64,000 bases of DNA from Rhodoplanes serenus (GTDB lineage Bacteria > Pseudomonadota > Alphaproteobacteria > Rhizobiales > Xanthobacteraceae): assembly GCA_945897515.1 (NCBI GenBank), contig CAMDFO010000016.1, positions 3,262 to 67,261 on the forward strand, given 5' to 3'. Shown here one piece after another: positions 19,415 through 28,600 of the stretch; the stretch's first letter is position 1; each line of letters starts with the position of its first letter. The position numbers and the translations under genes were made by a program. The notes below the pieces were generated by a model. The model was not told where the DNA came from, did no database searches, and saw nothing but the letters and a program-made list of their open reading frames with translations.

Positions 19415-20362
19415 CTACCGCGGCAACCCCGGCATCAGCGCGAGCGCGTTGCCGCGCTCGATTGCGGCGATATCGGCCGCACTCAGGTTTAGCTCGGCGA
19501 GCGCCTGAATCGCTTCCTCCGGCTTCCAGAACGGAAAATCGGTCCCGAACAGCAGGTGCGACATCGGCATGACATCGAGCAGCGCGGCCAGCGCGCCAGG
19601 GCTGTTGATGCTGACAATGTCCACGTAAAGCCGGCTGAGTTCGTGTTTCACGCCGTTCGGAACCCGCGCGCCCATCTCCGGCCGGTTGCGTGCGAAATGC
19701 GCGAGGCGGTTCGCGATCATCGCCAGCGCGCCGCCGCCATGGGAGAAGATCCACTTGATGTCCGGGCAGCGCGACAGCGTGCCGCTGAACAGCAGGCTGG
19801 TGATGGCGCGCGTGGTGTCGAACGGAAACTCGATGGTCGGCGGCGGGATGTCCTTGACCCGATTGAACGCGAAGCTGTTCGCGGTCGGATGGAAATACAC
19901 CACCGCCTTGCGGCGGTTCAGCTCTTCGAATATCGGCGCCCAGGCGGCCTCGCCGGGATACTTGTCGTCGTAGTTGGTGGTGAGCGCGATGCCGTCGGCC
20001 TTGAGCGTGTCGAAGATGTATTCGATCTCGCGCAGGCTGCCCTCGACGTCCGGCAGCGGCAGCGTCGCGAAATGGCCGAACCGGCCCTTGTGGTCGCGCT
20101 GCAAGGTCGCGCAATAATCGTTGCACTCGCGCGCCAGCGCGCGGGAGGCCGCGGCGTCGCCCAGCCAGACGCTCGGGGTCGCGATCGAGAGCACCGAAAC
20201 CGCGATGCCGTCCCGGTCCATCGCCTCCACCGCCTGGCTGGGCTGCCATCGGGTGAGCCGGTCGTAGAACGCGTGCGTGGTGCGCTTGAGGATGTCGGCG
20301 GTCTTCTGCAGATAGGCCGGCGGGTAGGGGTGATGGTGGGTGTCGATCCGGTGCGGGGTCAT
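19415..20362 (-). CDS. Amidohydrolase-2 family protein (ACMSD / aromatic acid decarboxylase-like)
   Basis: IDTHHH, VYFHP, FPFDTTRA, SHGGG, LLFGTDFPF. Confidence 0.9.
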   Translation of the reverse strand: MTPHRIDTHHHPYPPAYLQKTADILKRTTHAFYDRLTRWQPSQAVEAMDRDGIAVSVLSIATPSVWLGDAAASRALARECNDYCATLQRDHKGRFGHFATLPLPDVEGSLREIEYIFDTLKADGIALTTNYDDKYPGEAAWAPIFEELNRRKAVVYFHPTANSFAFNRVKDIPPPTIEFPFDTTRAITSLLFSGTLSRCPDIKWIFSHGGGALAMIANRLAHFARNRPEMGARVPNGVKHELSRLYVDIVSINSPGALAALLDVMPMSHLLFGTDFPFWKPEEAIQALAELNLSAADIAAIERGNALALMPGLPR

Positions 20363-20482
20363 CGGTCACTCATGCTGAAATGCGGCGGGCCGGCCAGGAC
20401 GGGGGATTGAGCGGGATCGTCTCCGAGCATATCAATTGCGCCAGCGAATGCATCAGGCGGCGCGCCGCCGGGAGACAAGGCC

Positions 20483-21448
20483 ATGATCATCGACGGAGCG
20501 GATTCGGTCACCAAGGCGGTGCTGAGCGAGCTGGAGCGCGCGCCGGATCCGCGATTCCGGGAGATCATGACGTCGCTGGTCAAGCATCTGCATGCGTTCG
20601 TGCGCGAGGTCCGGCTGACCGAGGACGAGTTCCGCACCGCCGGCGAGTACATCAATGCCATCGGCCAGAACACCAACGCCTTCCACAACGAGGCGGTGCT
20701 GATGTCCGGCTCGCTCGGCGTTTCGACGCTGGTTTGCCTGCTCAACAACGGCAACAACGGGCAGACCGACACCACCGCGAACCTGCTCGGTCCGTTCTGG
20801 CGACTCGATTCGCCGCGCACCGAAAACGGCGGCTCGATCATCCGGTCGCCGACGCCGGGGGCCGAGATTTTCGTCAATGCCTGGGTGAAGGATACAGCGG
20901 GCCAGCCGGTCGCCGGCGCCGAGGTCGACATCTGGCAGTCGTCGACCGAAGGGCTCTACGAGAACCAGGATCCGACCCAGGCCGACATGAACCTGCGCGG
21001 CAAGTTCACCACCGATGCACAGGGCCACTTCGCGTTCCGCAGCATCCTGCCGGCGGGCTATCCGATCCCGATCAACGGGCCGGTGGGCGATCTGCTGCGC
21101 GCCCAGGGCCGCCACAACATGCGGCCGGCGCACCTGCATTTTTTGATCTTCAAGGAGGGCTTCAAGACCCACATCTCGCAGGTCTATGTGCCGGAAGACC
21201 CCAACATCGAGACCGATGTGCAGTTCGGCGTCACCAAGGCGCTGCTGGGCAACTACATCCGGCATGAGAGCGGCACGCCGCCGGTGCCTGGCATCAAGGC
21301 GCCGTGGTACACGCTCGACTACACGTTCACGATGGACGCCGGCAAGGCGCGGCTGCCGCGCGCGCCGATCCAGGACAAGGCGAAGTCCGCGGAAATGCGG
21401 CCGCAGTATCTTGCGGCAGTCAGTCGCGCGCCCTCGATGGCGAAGTAG
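20483..21448 (+). CDS. Intradiol ring-cleavage dioxygenase (hydroxyquinol/catechol 1,2-dioxygenase family)
   Basis: N-terminal dimerisation helices (LVKHLHAFVREVRLT), LLGPFW, Fe ligands in GLYENQ, PAGYPIP and RPAHLH. Confidence 0.92.
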   Translation: MIIDGADSVTKAVLSELERAPDPRFREIMTSLVKHLHAFVREVRLTEDEFRTAGEYINAIGQNTNAFHNEAVLMSGSLGVSTLVCLLNNGNNGQTDTTANLLGPFWRLDSPRTENGGSIIRSPTPGAEIFVNAWVKDTAGQPVAGAEVDIWQSSTEGLYENQDPTQADMNLRGKFTTDAQGHFAFRSILPAGYPIPINGPVGDLLRAQGRHNMRPAHLHFLIFKEGFKTHISQVYVPEDPNIETDVQFGVTKALLGNYIRHESGTPPVPGIKAPWYTLDYTFTMDAGKARLPRAPIQDKAKSAEMRPQYLAAVSRAPSMAK

Positions 21449-21460
21449 CGCATCTCCTTT

Positions 21461-21500
21461 GTCATTCCGGGCTCGCCGCTGCGCGGCGCCCCGGAATGAC
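21461..21500. repeat. Single-hairpin REP (GTCATTCCGGG subfamily)
   Basis: GTCATTCCGGG-ctcgccgctgcgcggcgc-CCCGGAATGAC. Confidence 0.85.
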
Positions 21501-21505
21501 GGCTG

Positions 21506-21856
21506 GCGTTAACGGAAAATTTCCGCGCGAGGATCGAATCCGCGGTGGAGAACGATTCGCGGAAGCGGAACGAAACGGGACGTTTGCAGGAACATCCGCG
21601 TGTTCGTCCTTAACCGTGGGCGTGCGATCGCGGCGTTCGCGTTAAGAGAAAATTTTATCGGGAAAATCGAATCGGATTCGGCAGCGATTCGTTCTTCAAG
21701 AACGAAGCGTGACGATTGCGGGAACGCCAGCGTTGGCGCGCTTAGACGCGTGCTTGAGTTGGTGGCGTCGCGTTAAGAGAAAATTTTATCGGGAAAATCG
21801 AATTGGAATCGGAAGCGATTCGTTCTTTTAGAACGGGCGGGGACAATTGCGGGAAC
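21506..21856. repeat. Degenerate tandem repeat, unit 131-133 bp, about 2.7 copies, non-coding
   Basis: Cores start at 21506, 21639 and 21770 (GCGTTAA..GAAAATTT...ATCGAAT...CGATTCG...GAACG...GAC..TTGC.GGAAC); cores 2 and 3 match at 76/87 positions by hand alignment. Confidence 0.9.
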
Positions 21857-21865
21857 GTTTGTGTA

Positions 21866-21941
21866 CACAGCGCCGCGAATCGCGGCGCTGTGGTTCGTGT
21901 CCCGGTCTGCAGTCGCAGGGAGACGACCCTGCAGACCGGGA
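21866..21941. terminator. Two adjacent strong hairpins downstream of the ABC receptor gene (possible terminator or mRNA stabiliser)
   Basis: CACAGCGCCGCG-aat-CGCGGCGCTGTG (12-bp stem) and TCCCGGTCTGCAG...CTGCAGACCGGGA (13-bp stem); no clear U tract. Confidence 0.5.
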
Positions 21942-21950
21942 ATTGCGTAG

Positions 21951-23219
21951 CTACTTCTTCCGTGCGTCGGTGTACGGATAGATCATGTCGCCGGTCTTGT
22001 ACTCCGGCGGCCATAGGATCGGCTGCTTGTTGCCATCCCGGAACTGGTCGAGATTGCTGGGCGAAATGTTCTGAAACTGCGTGAAGAACGAGCGCGGCTT
22101 CGACCACTCGCCGTCCTGTCCGAACGATATATCCCCAACCACGGTTTTGAAGCTCTGCTTGTGGAGATAGGCGGCAAGCGTGTCATGATCCAGGCTCTTG
22201 GTCGCGGTGATGGCCTGCGCGATCACCTGCCCGGCCGCGTAGCCGAACGGCACGAAGGCATACCCGAGCGGATCGGTCTTCATCTCCCCCGCCTTGGCCT
22301 GATAGCGTTTCATGAGATCGTCAAGGCCGGCAAACTTGAGCTTGGGCGAGGACAGGAAGCTCTCGTTGATGACCAGGCCGTTGGTGATCGGCCCGAGCTG
22401 CACCTTGATCGGGGTGATCAGCATGCCGATCATGGCGCCGCCGAACATTTTTGGAGTGAGACCGATCTCGTTGGCGGCCCGCACGATGCCGACGTTGTCA
22501 GGCGGATAGGCTCCGATAAAGAGGATGTCGGCGTTGGCCGCCTGCACAGCCCGCATCACCGGCGCGAAGTCGGTGGTCGCCGGCGGATAGCTCTTGTCGT
22601 AGACCAGCTTGAAGCCGTGCTTCTTCAGTTCTTCGCGTGCGCCTTGGGCCGAATTCTGCGCGAATTCGGCGTCGGCCGCGAGGATAGCGACCGTCTGCGG
22701 CTTCGGTTTCTGCGCGGCTGCCAGTTCAAAGAAGCCCTTCGAGAATGCATTCACGCCGTCCGGGCCGACCGGGACCATCGAAAAATATTTGTCGTACTTG
22801 AACTCGCGATTGATGCCGATGGCGGTGAAGCTGATCGTCATCTTCTTGCTCTGGATCAACGTTGGCAGCGCGGGCGCCACGAAATTGGTGCCGTAGGGTC
22901 CGAGCAGGATGTCGGCTTTGTCGACGCTGATGAGCTTGGTGTAGATCGCCGGCACGCCGGCCGGGTTGCTCTGATCGTCGTATACGATGACTTCGACAGG
23001 GCGGCCGATCAGCCCGCCCTTGGCGTTGACGTCGTCACGCCAGAGTTCGACCGCGGCCTGCAGCATCTTGCCCGCCGGGGCGCCCGCGCCGGTCAGCGCG
23101 AGACTCATTCCGACCTTGATGGGGGTTCCGCTCTGCGCGAGCGCGCCCGAGATCCAGAGCAGGCTCACGAGCAACGCCGCGGCGAACGCGCGCAGCGCAT
23201 TTCGACACAACTTCATCAT
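21951..23219 (-). CDS. ABC transporter substrate-binding protein, LivJ-like (periplasmic binding protein type 1)
   Basis: Signal peptide, PIKVGMSLALTG, DVNAKGGLIGRPVEVIVYDDQS, TVVGDISF; start MMKLCR. Confidence 0.92.
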   Translation of the reverse strand: MMKLCRNALRAFAAALLVSLLWISGALAQSGTPIKVGMSLALTGAGAPAGKMLQAAVELWRDDVNAKGGLIGRPVEVIVYDDQSNPAGVPAIYTKLISVDKADILLGPYGTNFVAPALPTLIQSKKMTISFTAIGINREFKYDKYFSMVPVGPDGVNAFSKGFFELAAAQKPKPQTVAILAADAEFAQNSAQGAREELKKHGFKLVYDKSYPPATTDFAPVMRAVQAANADILFIGAYPPDNVGIVRAANEIGLTPKMFGGAMIGMLITPIKVQLGPITNGLVINESFLSSPKLKFAGLDDLMKRYQAKAGEMKTDPLGYAFVPFGYAAGQVIAQAITATKSLDHDTLAAYLHKQSFKTVVGDISFGQDGEWSKPRSFFTQFQNISPSNLDQFRDGNKQPILWPPEYKTGDMIYPYTDARKK

Positions 23220-23275
23220 GGACTTCCTCCCTTGCTGGCGGAGCGTCGATGCGCGCCGCCTTATCGTTGTTGTCC

Positions 23276-24184
23276 CTATTTGTGCATTTCGTCGGTCGGC
23301 ATGATACCCCAAAGATTGGACGCGGACGGGTCCTTCGCCCAGACCTTGGGCTTCTGCGGCCGGTCGCGATGCCACGGCCGCGGCTCGAAGTAGCCAAGGT
23401 CCTCGTTCATGCGGTCGAGCTCGGCGAACAGTTCGACGATCAGCCCGTTCGGTGCGCGATGATAGCAGAACAGGTTGTGGCCGATGCCGTGGCGGCCCGG
23501 ACCCCAGATCAGCTTGTAACCGTTGGTGCTGAGGAAATCGCAGGCGGTCTGCATGTGGCCCCAGTCGCGCAGCTCGAACGCGGTGTGGAAGTGCCGGTTG
23601 GCGCCGGTGCCCATCAGGTTGATAGTGTGGTGGTCGACGCCGCAGCGCAGGAACGAGAAGAAGTCGCCCATCCAGTCGGATTCGCGGAAGCCCAGCACGT
23701 CGAGATAGAACTGGGTGGTCTTCTTGACGTCGACGCAGTGGAACGCGACGTGGCCGATCTTGTGCGGAATGATGCCCTTCTTCGGAAACGTCTGGCTCTG
23801 CGGCTCGGGGCGCTTGAACACCTCCATGACCGTGCCCTTCGGGTCCTCGAACGCGACCATGTCCGAGATCGTCGGCTCCGGGTCTTTCAGGCGGCGGGTC
23901 TTAACGCCCTGCGCCGCGGTCTGCTTCTCGAAGGCGTCGAGATCGTTGTCCGGCCCGATCTGGAAGCCGAGCCGCACGCATTGCGCCGCGCCGCCTTTGC
24001 GCAGCACGACCGAGTGATGATCGACGGTCGAGGCGAGGTAGGCGGCGTCTTTGTCCTTGGCGACGAGGTTTAGTCCGAGGATGTCGGTGTAGTACTCGGT
24101 CTGCTGGTCGAGATCGGGCGTTTCATAAGTTGCGTGAGCGATCTTCTTCACGCGGATCATCTGTCTCGTGTCTTTTTGGATCAT
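23276..24184 (-). CDS. Two-domain VOC family protein, extradiol dioxygenase-like
   Basis: KIGHVAF, DHHTI, HFHTAF, GRHGIGHNLFCYHRAPNGLIVE (His-His-Glu triad); ATGA overlap with upstream gene; alternative start 24160. Confidence 0.85.
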   Translation of the reverse strand: MIQKDTRQMIRVKKIAHATYETPDLDQQTEYYTDILGLNLVAKDKDAAYLASTVDHHSVVLRKGGAAQCVRLGFQIGPDNDLDAFEKQTAAQGVKTRRLKDPEPTISDMVAFEDPKGTVMEVFKRPEPQSQTFPKKGIIPHKIGHVAFHCVDVKKTTQFYLDVLGFRESDWMGDFFSFLRCGVDHHTINLMGTGANRHFHTAFELRDWGHMQTACDFLSTNGYKLIWGPGRHGIGHNLFCYHRAPNGLIVELFAELDRMNEDLGYFEPRPWHRDRPQKPKVWAKDPSASNLWGIMPTDEMHK

Positions 24185-25062
24185 GACTTTAACCTTTGCA
24201 TGGAGCTGAGCACGTCGACCATCACGGCGACGTCATTGTCCTCAGCGAGACCGAGATCGGCGCAGCGCTGATAGACCTCGACGGCGCGGTCGAACAATGG
24301 CGTTGCGCTGCCACTGGTGGCCGCCAGACCTTCGATCTTCTCGAAATAGTGAGCGAGCAGCGCCGGCGAGCCTTGTACCGGCTTGAACCGCCGTTCCGCC
24401 ATCCAAGGCGCGCGGATGCCGAACTGGGTCGATCCGCCGCTGCCGTTGGCGATGGCCTTGATCATCAAGTTGAGATCGACGCCGGCCTTGGTCCCAAGCG
24501 CGACCGCCTCGGCCGCGGCCGCGATGTTGATGGCGACCAGCATGTTGTTGATCAGCTTGACGTTGGTCGCCGCGCCGAACGGTCCGAGATAGAGACACAT
24601 ATCGGCGAAGCCTTTGATGGCGGGTTCGAGCTTTTTGCAGGCGTCAGCATCTCCGGCGAGATAGACCACCGCTTTGCGCGCCGCCGCCATGCCGGGCGTG
24701 CCGCTCACTTCCCCGTCGATGTAGACCGCGCCCTTCTGCCCGAGGGTCGCGACATGCTTCTGCTTGTCCGGCACCGGGTGCGAGCCGAGTTCGACGATGA
24801 TCTGTCCGGGCTTGGCGGAATGAATGAGGCCGTTGGGGCCGTTCACCACCTCATTCATCGACTCGGTGGTTGGCACGCAGGAGAACACGATGTCGGTTTG
24901 CGCGCCGATTTCGGCCGGCGATTTCGCCGGCACGCCGCCGAGCTTTTCGAATTCGGCGAGCGAGCCGCGGCGATAGCCCAGCACGCGGAAGCCGCTCTTG
25001 ATCAGGTTCTCGCAGATCGGCATCCCGATCTTGCCTACGCCCACGAAGCCTACAGTCTGCAT
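24181..25062 (-). CDS. NAD(P)-dependent beta-hydroxyacid dehydrogenase (3-hydroxyisobutyrate dehydrogenase family)
   Basis: VGFVGVGKIG, DGEVSGT, VKLINN. Confidence 0.9.
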   Translation of the reverse strand: MQTVGFVGVGKIGMPICENLIKSGFRVLGYRRGSLAEFEKLGGVPAKSPAEIGAQTDIVFSCVPTTESMNEVVNGPNGLIHSAKPGQIIVELGSHPVPDKQKHVATLGQKGAVYIDGEVSGTPGMAAARKAVVYLAGDADACKKLEPAIKGFADMCLYLGPFGAATNVKLINNMLVAINIAAAAEAVALGTKAGVDLNLMIKAIANGSGGSTQFGIRAPWMAERRFKPVQGSPALLAHYFEKIEGLAATSGSATPLFDRAVEVYQRCADLGLAEDNDVAVMVDVLSSMQRLKS

Positions 25063-25089
25063 GCTCACTCCAAACGGAACTTCTTACGG

Positions 25090-25473
25090 TTATGCGATCT
25101 CGAGCGATTGGTCGGAAAAATTCACCTTCAGTCCGAGCGATCCCTCCATCACGGTCCACTCGCGCACCTCGAAGGTGCGCAATTTGTTGGTGACGAACGG
25201 ATCGGCCGATGCGATGGCTCGCGCCTCGTCCGCATTGGCGGCGCGCAGAATGGTGAGCCCGTCACCGACCGGCTGGCCTTGTGCGGCCGTCAGCGGACCG
25301 GACGCAAACAGCACGCCCGTCTTCTCCAGCCCGATCATGTATTCGAGATGCTGTGGCAGCGTCGCGCCGATCTGGTCCGGCGTGGCGCCGCCCTTGGACA
25401 GCACCACATAGAGCTTCTTGCGCAACATGCGCGCGGTGAGCTCCCGGATACGCTGCTCTCCCGAGCCTGACAT
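25090..25473 (-). CDS. YciI family protein
   Basis: HLEY..GLEKTGVLFASGPL, EARAIASADPF. Confidence 0.85.
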   Translation of the reverse strand: MSGSGEQRIRELTARMLRKKLYVVLSKGGATPDQIGATLPQHLEYMIGLEKTGVLFASGPLTAAQGQPVGDGLTILRAANADEARAIASADPFVTNKLRTFEVREWTVMEGSLGLKVNFSDQSLEIA

Positions 25474-25551
25474 TGTCCGCAACCCTTAAACCGGACCGTT
25501 TGGCTTAGGGACCTAAGCGTGCCGAGCCTAAGCGCCTTGGCGGTCACGGGC

Positions 25552-25584
25552 AACCGCCCCGCGACTTTCGGCGGGAGCGGTTTT
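25552..25584. terminator. Hairpin after dctP, possible intrinsic terminator
   Basis: AACCGCCCCGC-gactttcg-GCGGGAGCGGTTTT, imperfect stem. Confidence 0.45.
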
Positions 25585-25595
25585 GTGTCGCTGCG

Positions 25596-26606
25596 CTACC
25601 GATGCTTTTTGGCCGCCTCGACAAAGGCGTCGTAATCCGCCTTGATTCGAGGGTTGGCGGAAAGCACCTGCGCACCGGTCGGGACGACCACGTCGATGTA
25701 GCGCTTGGCCTCGGCCGGCGGCAGCGTGATGATCTCGCCGCCGTTCTTGCGCCATATCTCTTCGCCGGCCTTGATGCTGTTCATGTTCCAGTCGGTGAAC
25801 AGGGCCTCGGCCTTGCGTGACTCGTCCTTCACGATCGCGGCGAGTTCCGGCCCGATCTTGGTCAGGAACTGCTTGTTGATGACGATCGGCGCAACCAGCG
25901 TGGTCGCGGGCAGGAACGTCAGCGGCTTGGCGACGTCGTAGTATTTGAATGCGGTGAACGGCGCGACGCCGGCGATCATGCCGTCGATGGTGCGGTTCTG
26001 CATCGCCGGCAGTGCCTCGCCGAGCGGCAGCGACACCGGCAGGATGCCAAGCTTCTTGAACGGCTCGACCTGAATCGGTGCGCCGCCCTGAGTGCGGACC
26101 TTCTGGCCCTGGAAATCGGCAACGGTACGCACCGCCTTGTGGGTCAGCATCATCATCGGGCTGTAGATGCCGGGCGTGAGGATTTCGACGCCCTTGTCGG
26201 CGCCGAACGTCGCCATGCGGGCGCGGATCGCCGGATCGTTGGTGGTCTTGATGCCGTGCAGCACGCCGTCGAACAGGCCTGGGGCGTCGAACACCTGGAA
26301 GCGCGGCTCGAGGCTCACCCAGAAGCCGTTCGCGGAGCTTGCCGCTTCGATGGTGCCGAGCGCGACGCCTTCGACTACGGCGGGAAGCTGGCCGAGCTGG
26401 TTGGCCGGATAGATATCGACTTTGATCTTGCCGCCGGAGCGCTGCTCGATACCGGCCTTCAACGCCTTGAAATACTCGTGGACCACGTCGTTGATCGTCG
26501 GCAGCGACAGCTTCATGGTGAACTGTTGCGCCACGGCGGGAGCCGCGGCGAGAATGCCGGCTGCGAGAATGCCGATGGCTGCAAGCTTTCCGATCGTCGC
26601 GCGCAT
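25596..26606 (-). CDS. dctP: TRAP transporter substrate-binding protein DctP
   Basis: Signal peptide MRATIGKL..., SGGKIKVDIYPANQLG, FQGQKVR, MQNRTIDG; 3' part of ORF 25596..28070. Confidence 0.92.
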   Translation of the reverse strand: MRATIGKLAAIGILAAGILAAAPAVAQQFTMKLSLPTINDVVHEYFKALKAGIEQRSGGKIKVDIYPANQLGQLPAVVEGVALGTIEAASSANGFWVSLEPRFQVFDAPGLFDGVLHGIKTTNDPAIRARMATFGADKGVEILTPGIYSPMMMLTHKAVRTVADFQGQKVRTQGGAPIQVEPFKKLGILPVSLPLGEALPAMQNRTIDGMIAGVAPFTAFKYYDVAKPLTFLPATTLVAPIVINKQFLTKIGPELAAIVKDESRKAEALFTDWNMNSIKAGEEIWRKNGGEIITLPPAEAKRYIDVVVPTGAQVLSANPRIKADYDAFVEAAKKHR

Positions 26607-26635
26607 GTCAGTCCCCTCCCAGGAATTTCTGTTTC

Positions 26636-27919
26636 TTAGCCCCTGGCGAGCAGGTACCGGACACCGATCAGCGAGATGTCGGGCACGTAGGTGATCAGCG
26701 CCAAGGCGATGAGATAGATTACCACAAACGGGATGATGCCGCGATAGATCGTCTCGAGCTTCAGACCCAGCACCGACTGCGCGACGAAGATGTTGATGCC
26801 GAACGGCGGATGGAACAGACCGATCGCGAGATTGACCGTCACCACGATGCCGAAGTGCACCGGATCGATGCCGGCGGCCTTGATGATCGGCACCAGCAGC
26901 GGGCTGAGCAGCAGGATCGCCGACAGCGGATCGAGGAAGCAGCCGACCAGCAGCAGCAGGATGTTGATCGCGAGCAGCAGCATCCAGGTCGCGACGTTGA
27001 GCGATTGCAGCCATGCGGTGACGGCCGCCGGCACCTGGTTCACAGTGAGCAGCCAGGCGAACACGCCGGCGCAGGCGACGATGATGAGTATCTGGCCGGT
27101 AAACAGCACGGTCGAAGCGGCAGCCTCGAGGATGTCGCGGCCGCTCAGTTCGCGGAACACGAAAGCCGTGACGAACGCCGCGTAGACGCAGGCGACGGCT
27201 GCAGCCTCGGTCGGCGAGAACACGCCGCCATAGATGCCGCCGAGGATGATGAACGGTGCGCCGAGCGCCCACAGGCTGCGCACGAAGGCTCGGCCGAACC
27301 GCTTGCCGTCGAACGGCTCGCCTTTGCCGAAGTTTCCGCGCTTGGCCCGCCACACCACGTAGATCGCCAGCATGCCGGCGATCATCAGTCCCGGCAGGAC
27401 GCCGGCGGCATAAAGCCGGGCCACCGATTCCTCGGCGGCCGCGCCGTACACGATCATCGGAATGCTCGGAGGAATGATGACGTCGATCGCGCCGACGGAG
27501 GTGATCAGACCCGCCGTGAAGGTTTCCGGATAGCCGGCCTTGCGCATCGCCGGCACCATCACCCTGCCGATGGTGGCGACGGTTGCGGCGCTTGCGCCAG
27601 AAATAGCCCCGAAGATCGCCGACGTTCCGACCGCGGTGACCCCAAGGCTGCCGCGCACCGAGCCGACGCCGCCCTGGACGAAATCCACCAGCCGGCGCGC
27701 CACGCTGCCGCGGCCCATCAGTTCGCCCGCGTAGATGAAGAACGGTATGGCGAGCAGTGCCGACGCATTCACCGAAGCGAACATGTTCTGATGCAGCGCC
27801 GCCAGCGGCACGTTCATGAAGAACACCAGCGCGACACTGACGGCCGTCAGCAGCACCATGAAGATCGGGAAGCCGAGCAGCAGCAGAACGATCGGCACCA
27901 CGGCCAGCGCGAAGGTCAT
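26636..27919 (-). CDS. dctM: TRAP transporter large permease DctM
   Basis: LLAIPFFIYAGELM, ISGASAA, IIPPSIPMIVY, SPTEAAA, HPPFG. Confidence 0.95.
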   Translation of the reverse strand: MTFALAVVPIVLLLLGFPIFMVLLTAVSVALVFFMNVPLAALHQNMFASVNASALLAIPFFIYAGELMGRGSVARRLVDFVQGGVGSVRGSLGVTAVGTSAIFGAISGASAATVATIGRVMVPAMRKAGYPETFTAGLITSVGAIDVIIPPSIPMIVYGAAAEESVARLYAAGVLPGLMIAGMLAIYVVWRAKRGNFGKGEPFDGKRFGRAFVRSLWALGAPFIILGGIYGGVFSPTEAAAVACVYAAFVTAFVFRELSGRDILEAAASTVLFTGQILIIVACAGVFAWLLTVNQVPAAVTAWLQSLNVATWMLLLAINILLLLVGCFLDPLSAILLLSPLLVPIIKAAGIDPVHFGIVVTVNLAIGLFHPPFGINIFVAQSVLGLKLETIYRGIIPFVVIYLIALALITYVPDISLIGVRYLLARG

Positions 27920-28428
27920 AGGTTGACCTCGCGGGCCGCGGGTTCGGGCTTGCGTTGCACGATGCCGAGCAGCCGCCACAGCGCCACGATGAGCACCAGG
28001 CCGAAGCCGAGGGCGACCGTCCCGTGCGGGATCCACATCGGTACGCCGGCCATGTCACTGGTGCGCCCAATCATCTTCATGCGCTGGGCGTAGTCGTAAG
28101 ACTGCGTCAGCACGAAACCCGCAAGCGTGATCAGCAGCAGTTGCTCGATCACGCGTAGCGCCAATTGCAATGGCTTCGGCAAGAACCGGACCAGGACATC
28201 CATCCGCAGATGCATGTTGCGCCGCGTCACCACCGCGGCGCCGAGGAAGGTCATGCCGACCATGATGAAGATCTGCACCTCGTCGGAGCCGAGCAACGAG
28301 AGGCCGAACAGGTAGCGGCCGAGCACGTTGGAGAAGTTGAGCAGCACTGCGAGAATAAAGGCGAGCGCCAGCGCCAGCTCGATGATGCGCGCAACGCGGT
28401 CCAAAAACCTGTCGATCACCTTATTCAC
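27916..28428 (-). CDS. dctQ: TRAP transporter small permease DctQ
   Basis: Four hydrophobic segments, NVLGRYLF, SDEV, HLRMD; overlaps dctM start. Confidence 0.92.
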   Translation of the reverse strand: MNKVIDRFLDRVARIIELALALAFILAVLLNFSNVLGRYLFGLSLLGSDEVQIFIMVGMTFLGAAVVTRRNMHLRMDVLVRFLPKPLQLALRVIEQLLLITLAGFVLTQSYDYAQRMKMIGRTSDMAGVPMWIPHGTVALGFGLVLIVALWRLLGIVQRKPEPAAREVNL

Positions 28429-28537
28429 GTCTCCAAGACGGTGCTCCCGTCCTCTGCCCCAACGATAGGGGCCAACCTGACGGTTGTCCCGCCTGCAACT
28501 ATCGGTATCGGCCCTTCGACGGTATCAAAGTATGCCG

Positions 28538-28556
28538 TTAAGGCTCGGACAACCAT
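28538..28556 (+). promoter_or_regulatory. Degenerate CtrA-like site upstream of the chemoreceptor
   Basis: TTAA-ggctcgg-acAACCAT versus consensus TTAA-N7-TTAAC; CtrA commonly controls chemotaxis genes in Alphaproteobacteria. Confidence 0.3.
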
Positions 28557-28600
28557 TCCGAAGTATACCCGACATATCTCAGTCAGCACCGCAAGGCCGC

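Noticed and set aside
21506-21856. CRISPR array interpretation of the tandem repeat
   Set aside because: Cores are about 87 bp and degenerate, the 44-45 bp linkers are homologous to each other (roughly 60%), and no cas genes are present.
21742-22107. 121-aa minus-strand ORF and a repeated peptide (ERIA..S.SIFPIKFSLNA) in the array
   Set aside because: It overlaps the real receptor gene out of frame, the repeat periods are not multiples of 3, and substitutions are not mainly synonymous.
25596-28070. 824-aa ORF suggesting a DctM-DctP fusion
   Set aside because: The 5' part is an off-frame read through dctM; DctP has its own RBS and signal peptide from 26606.
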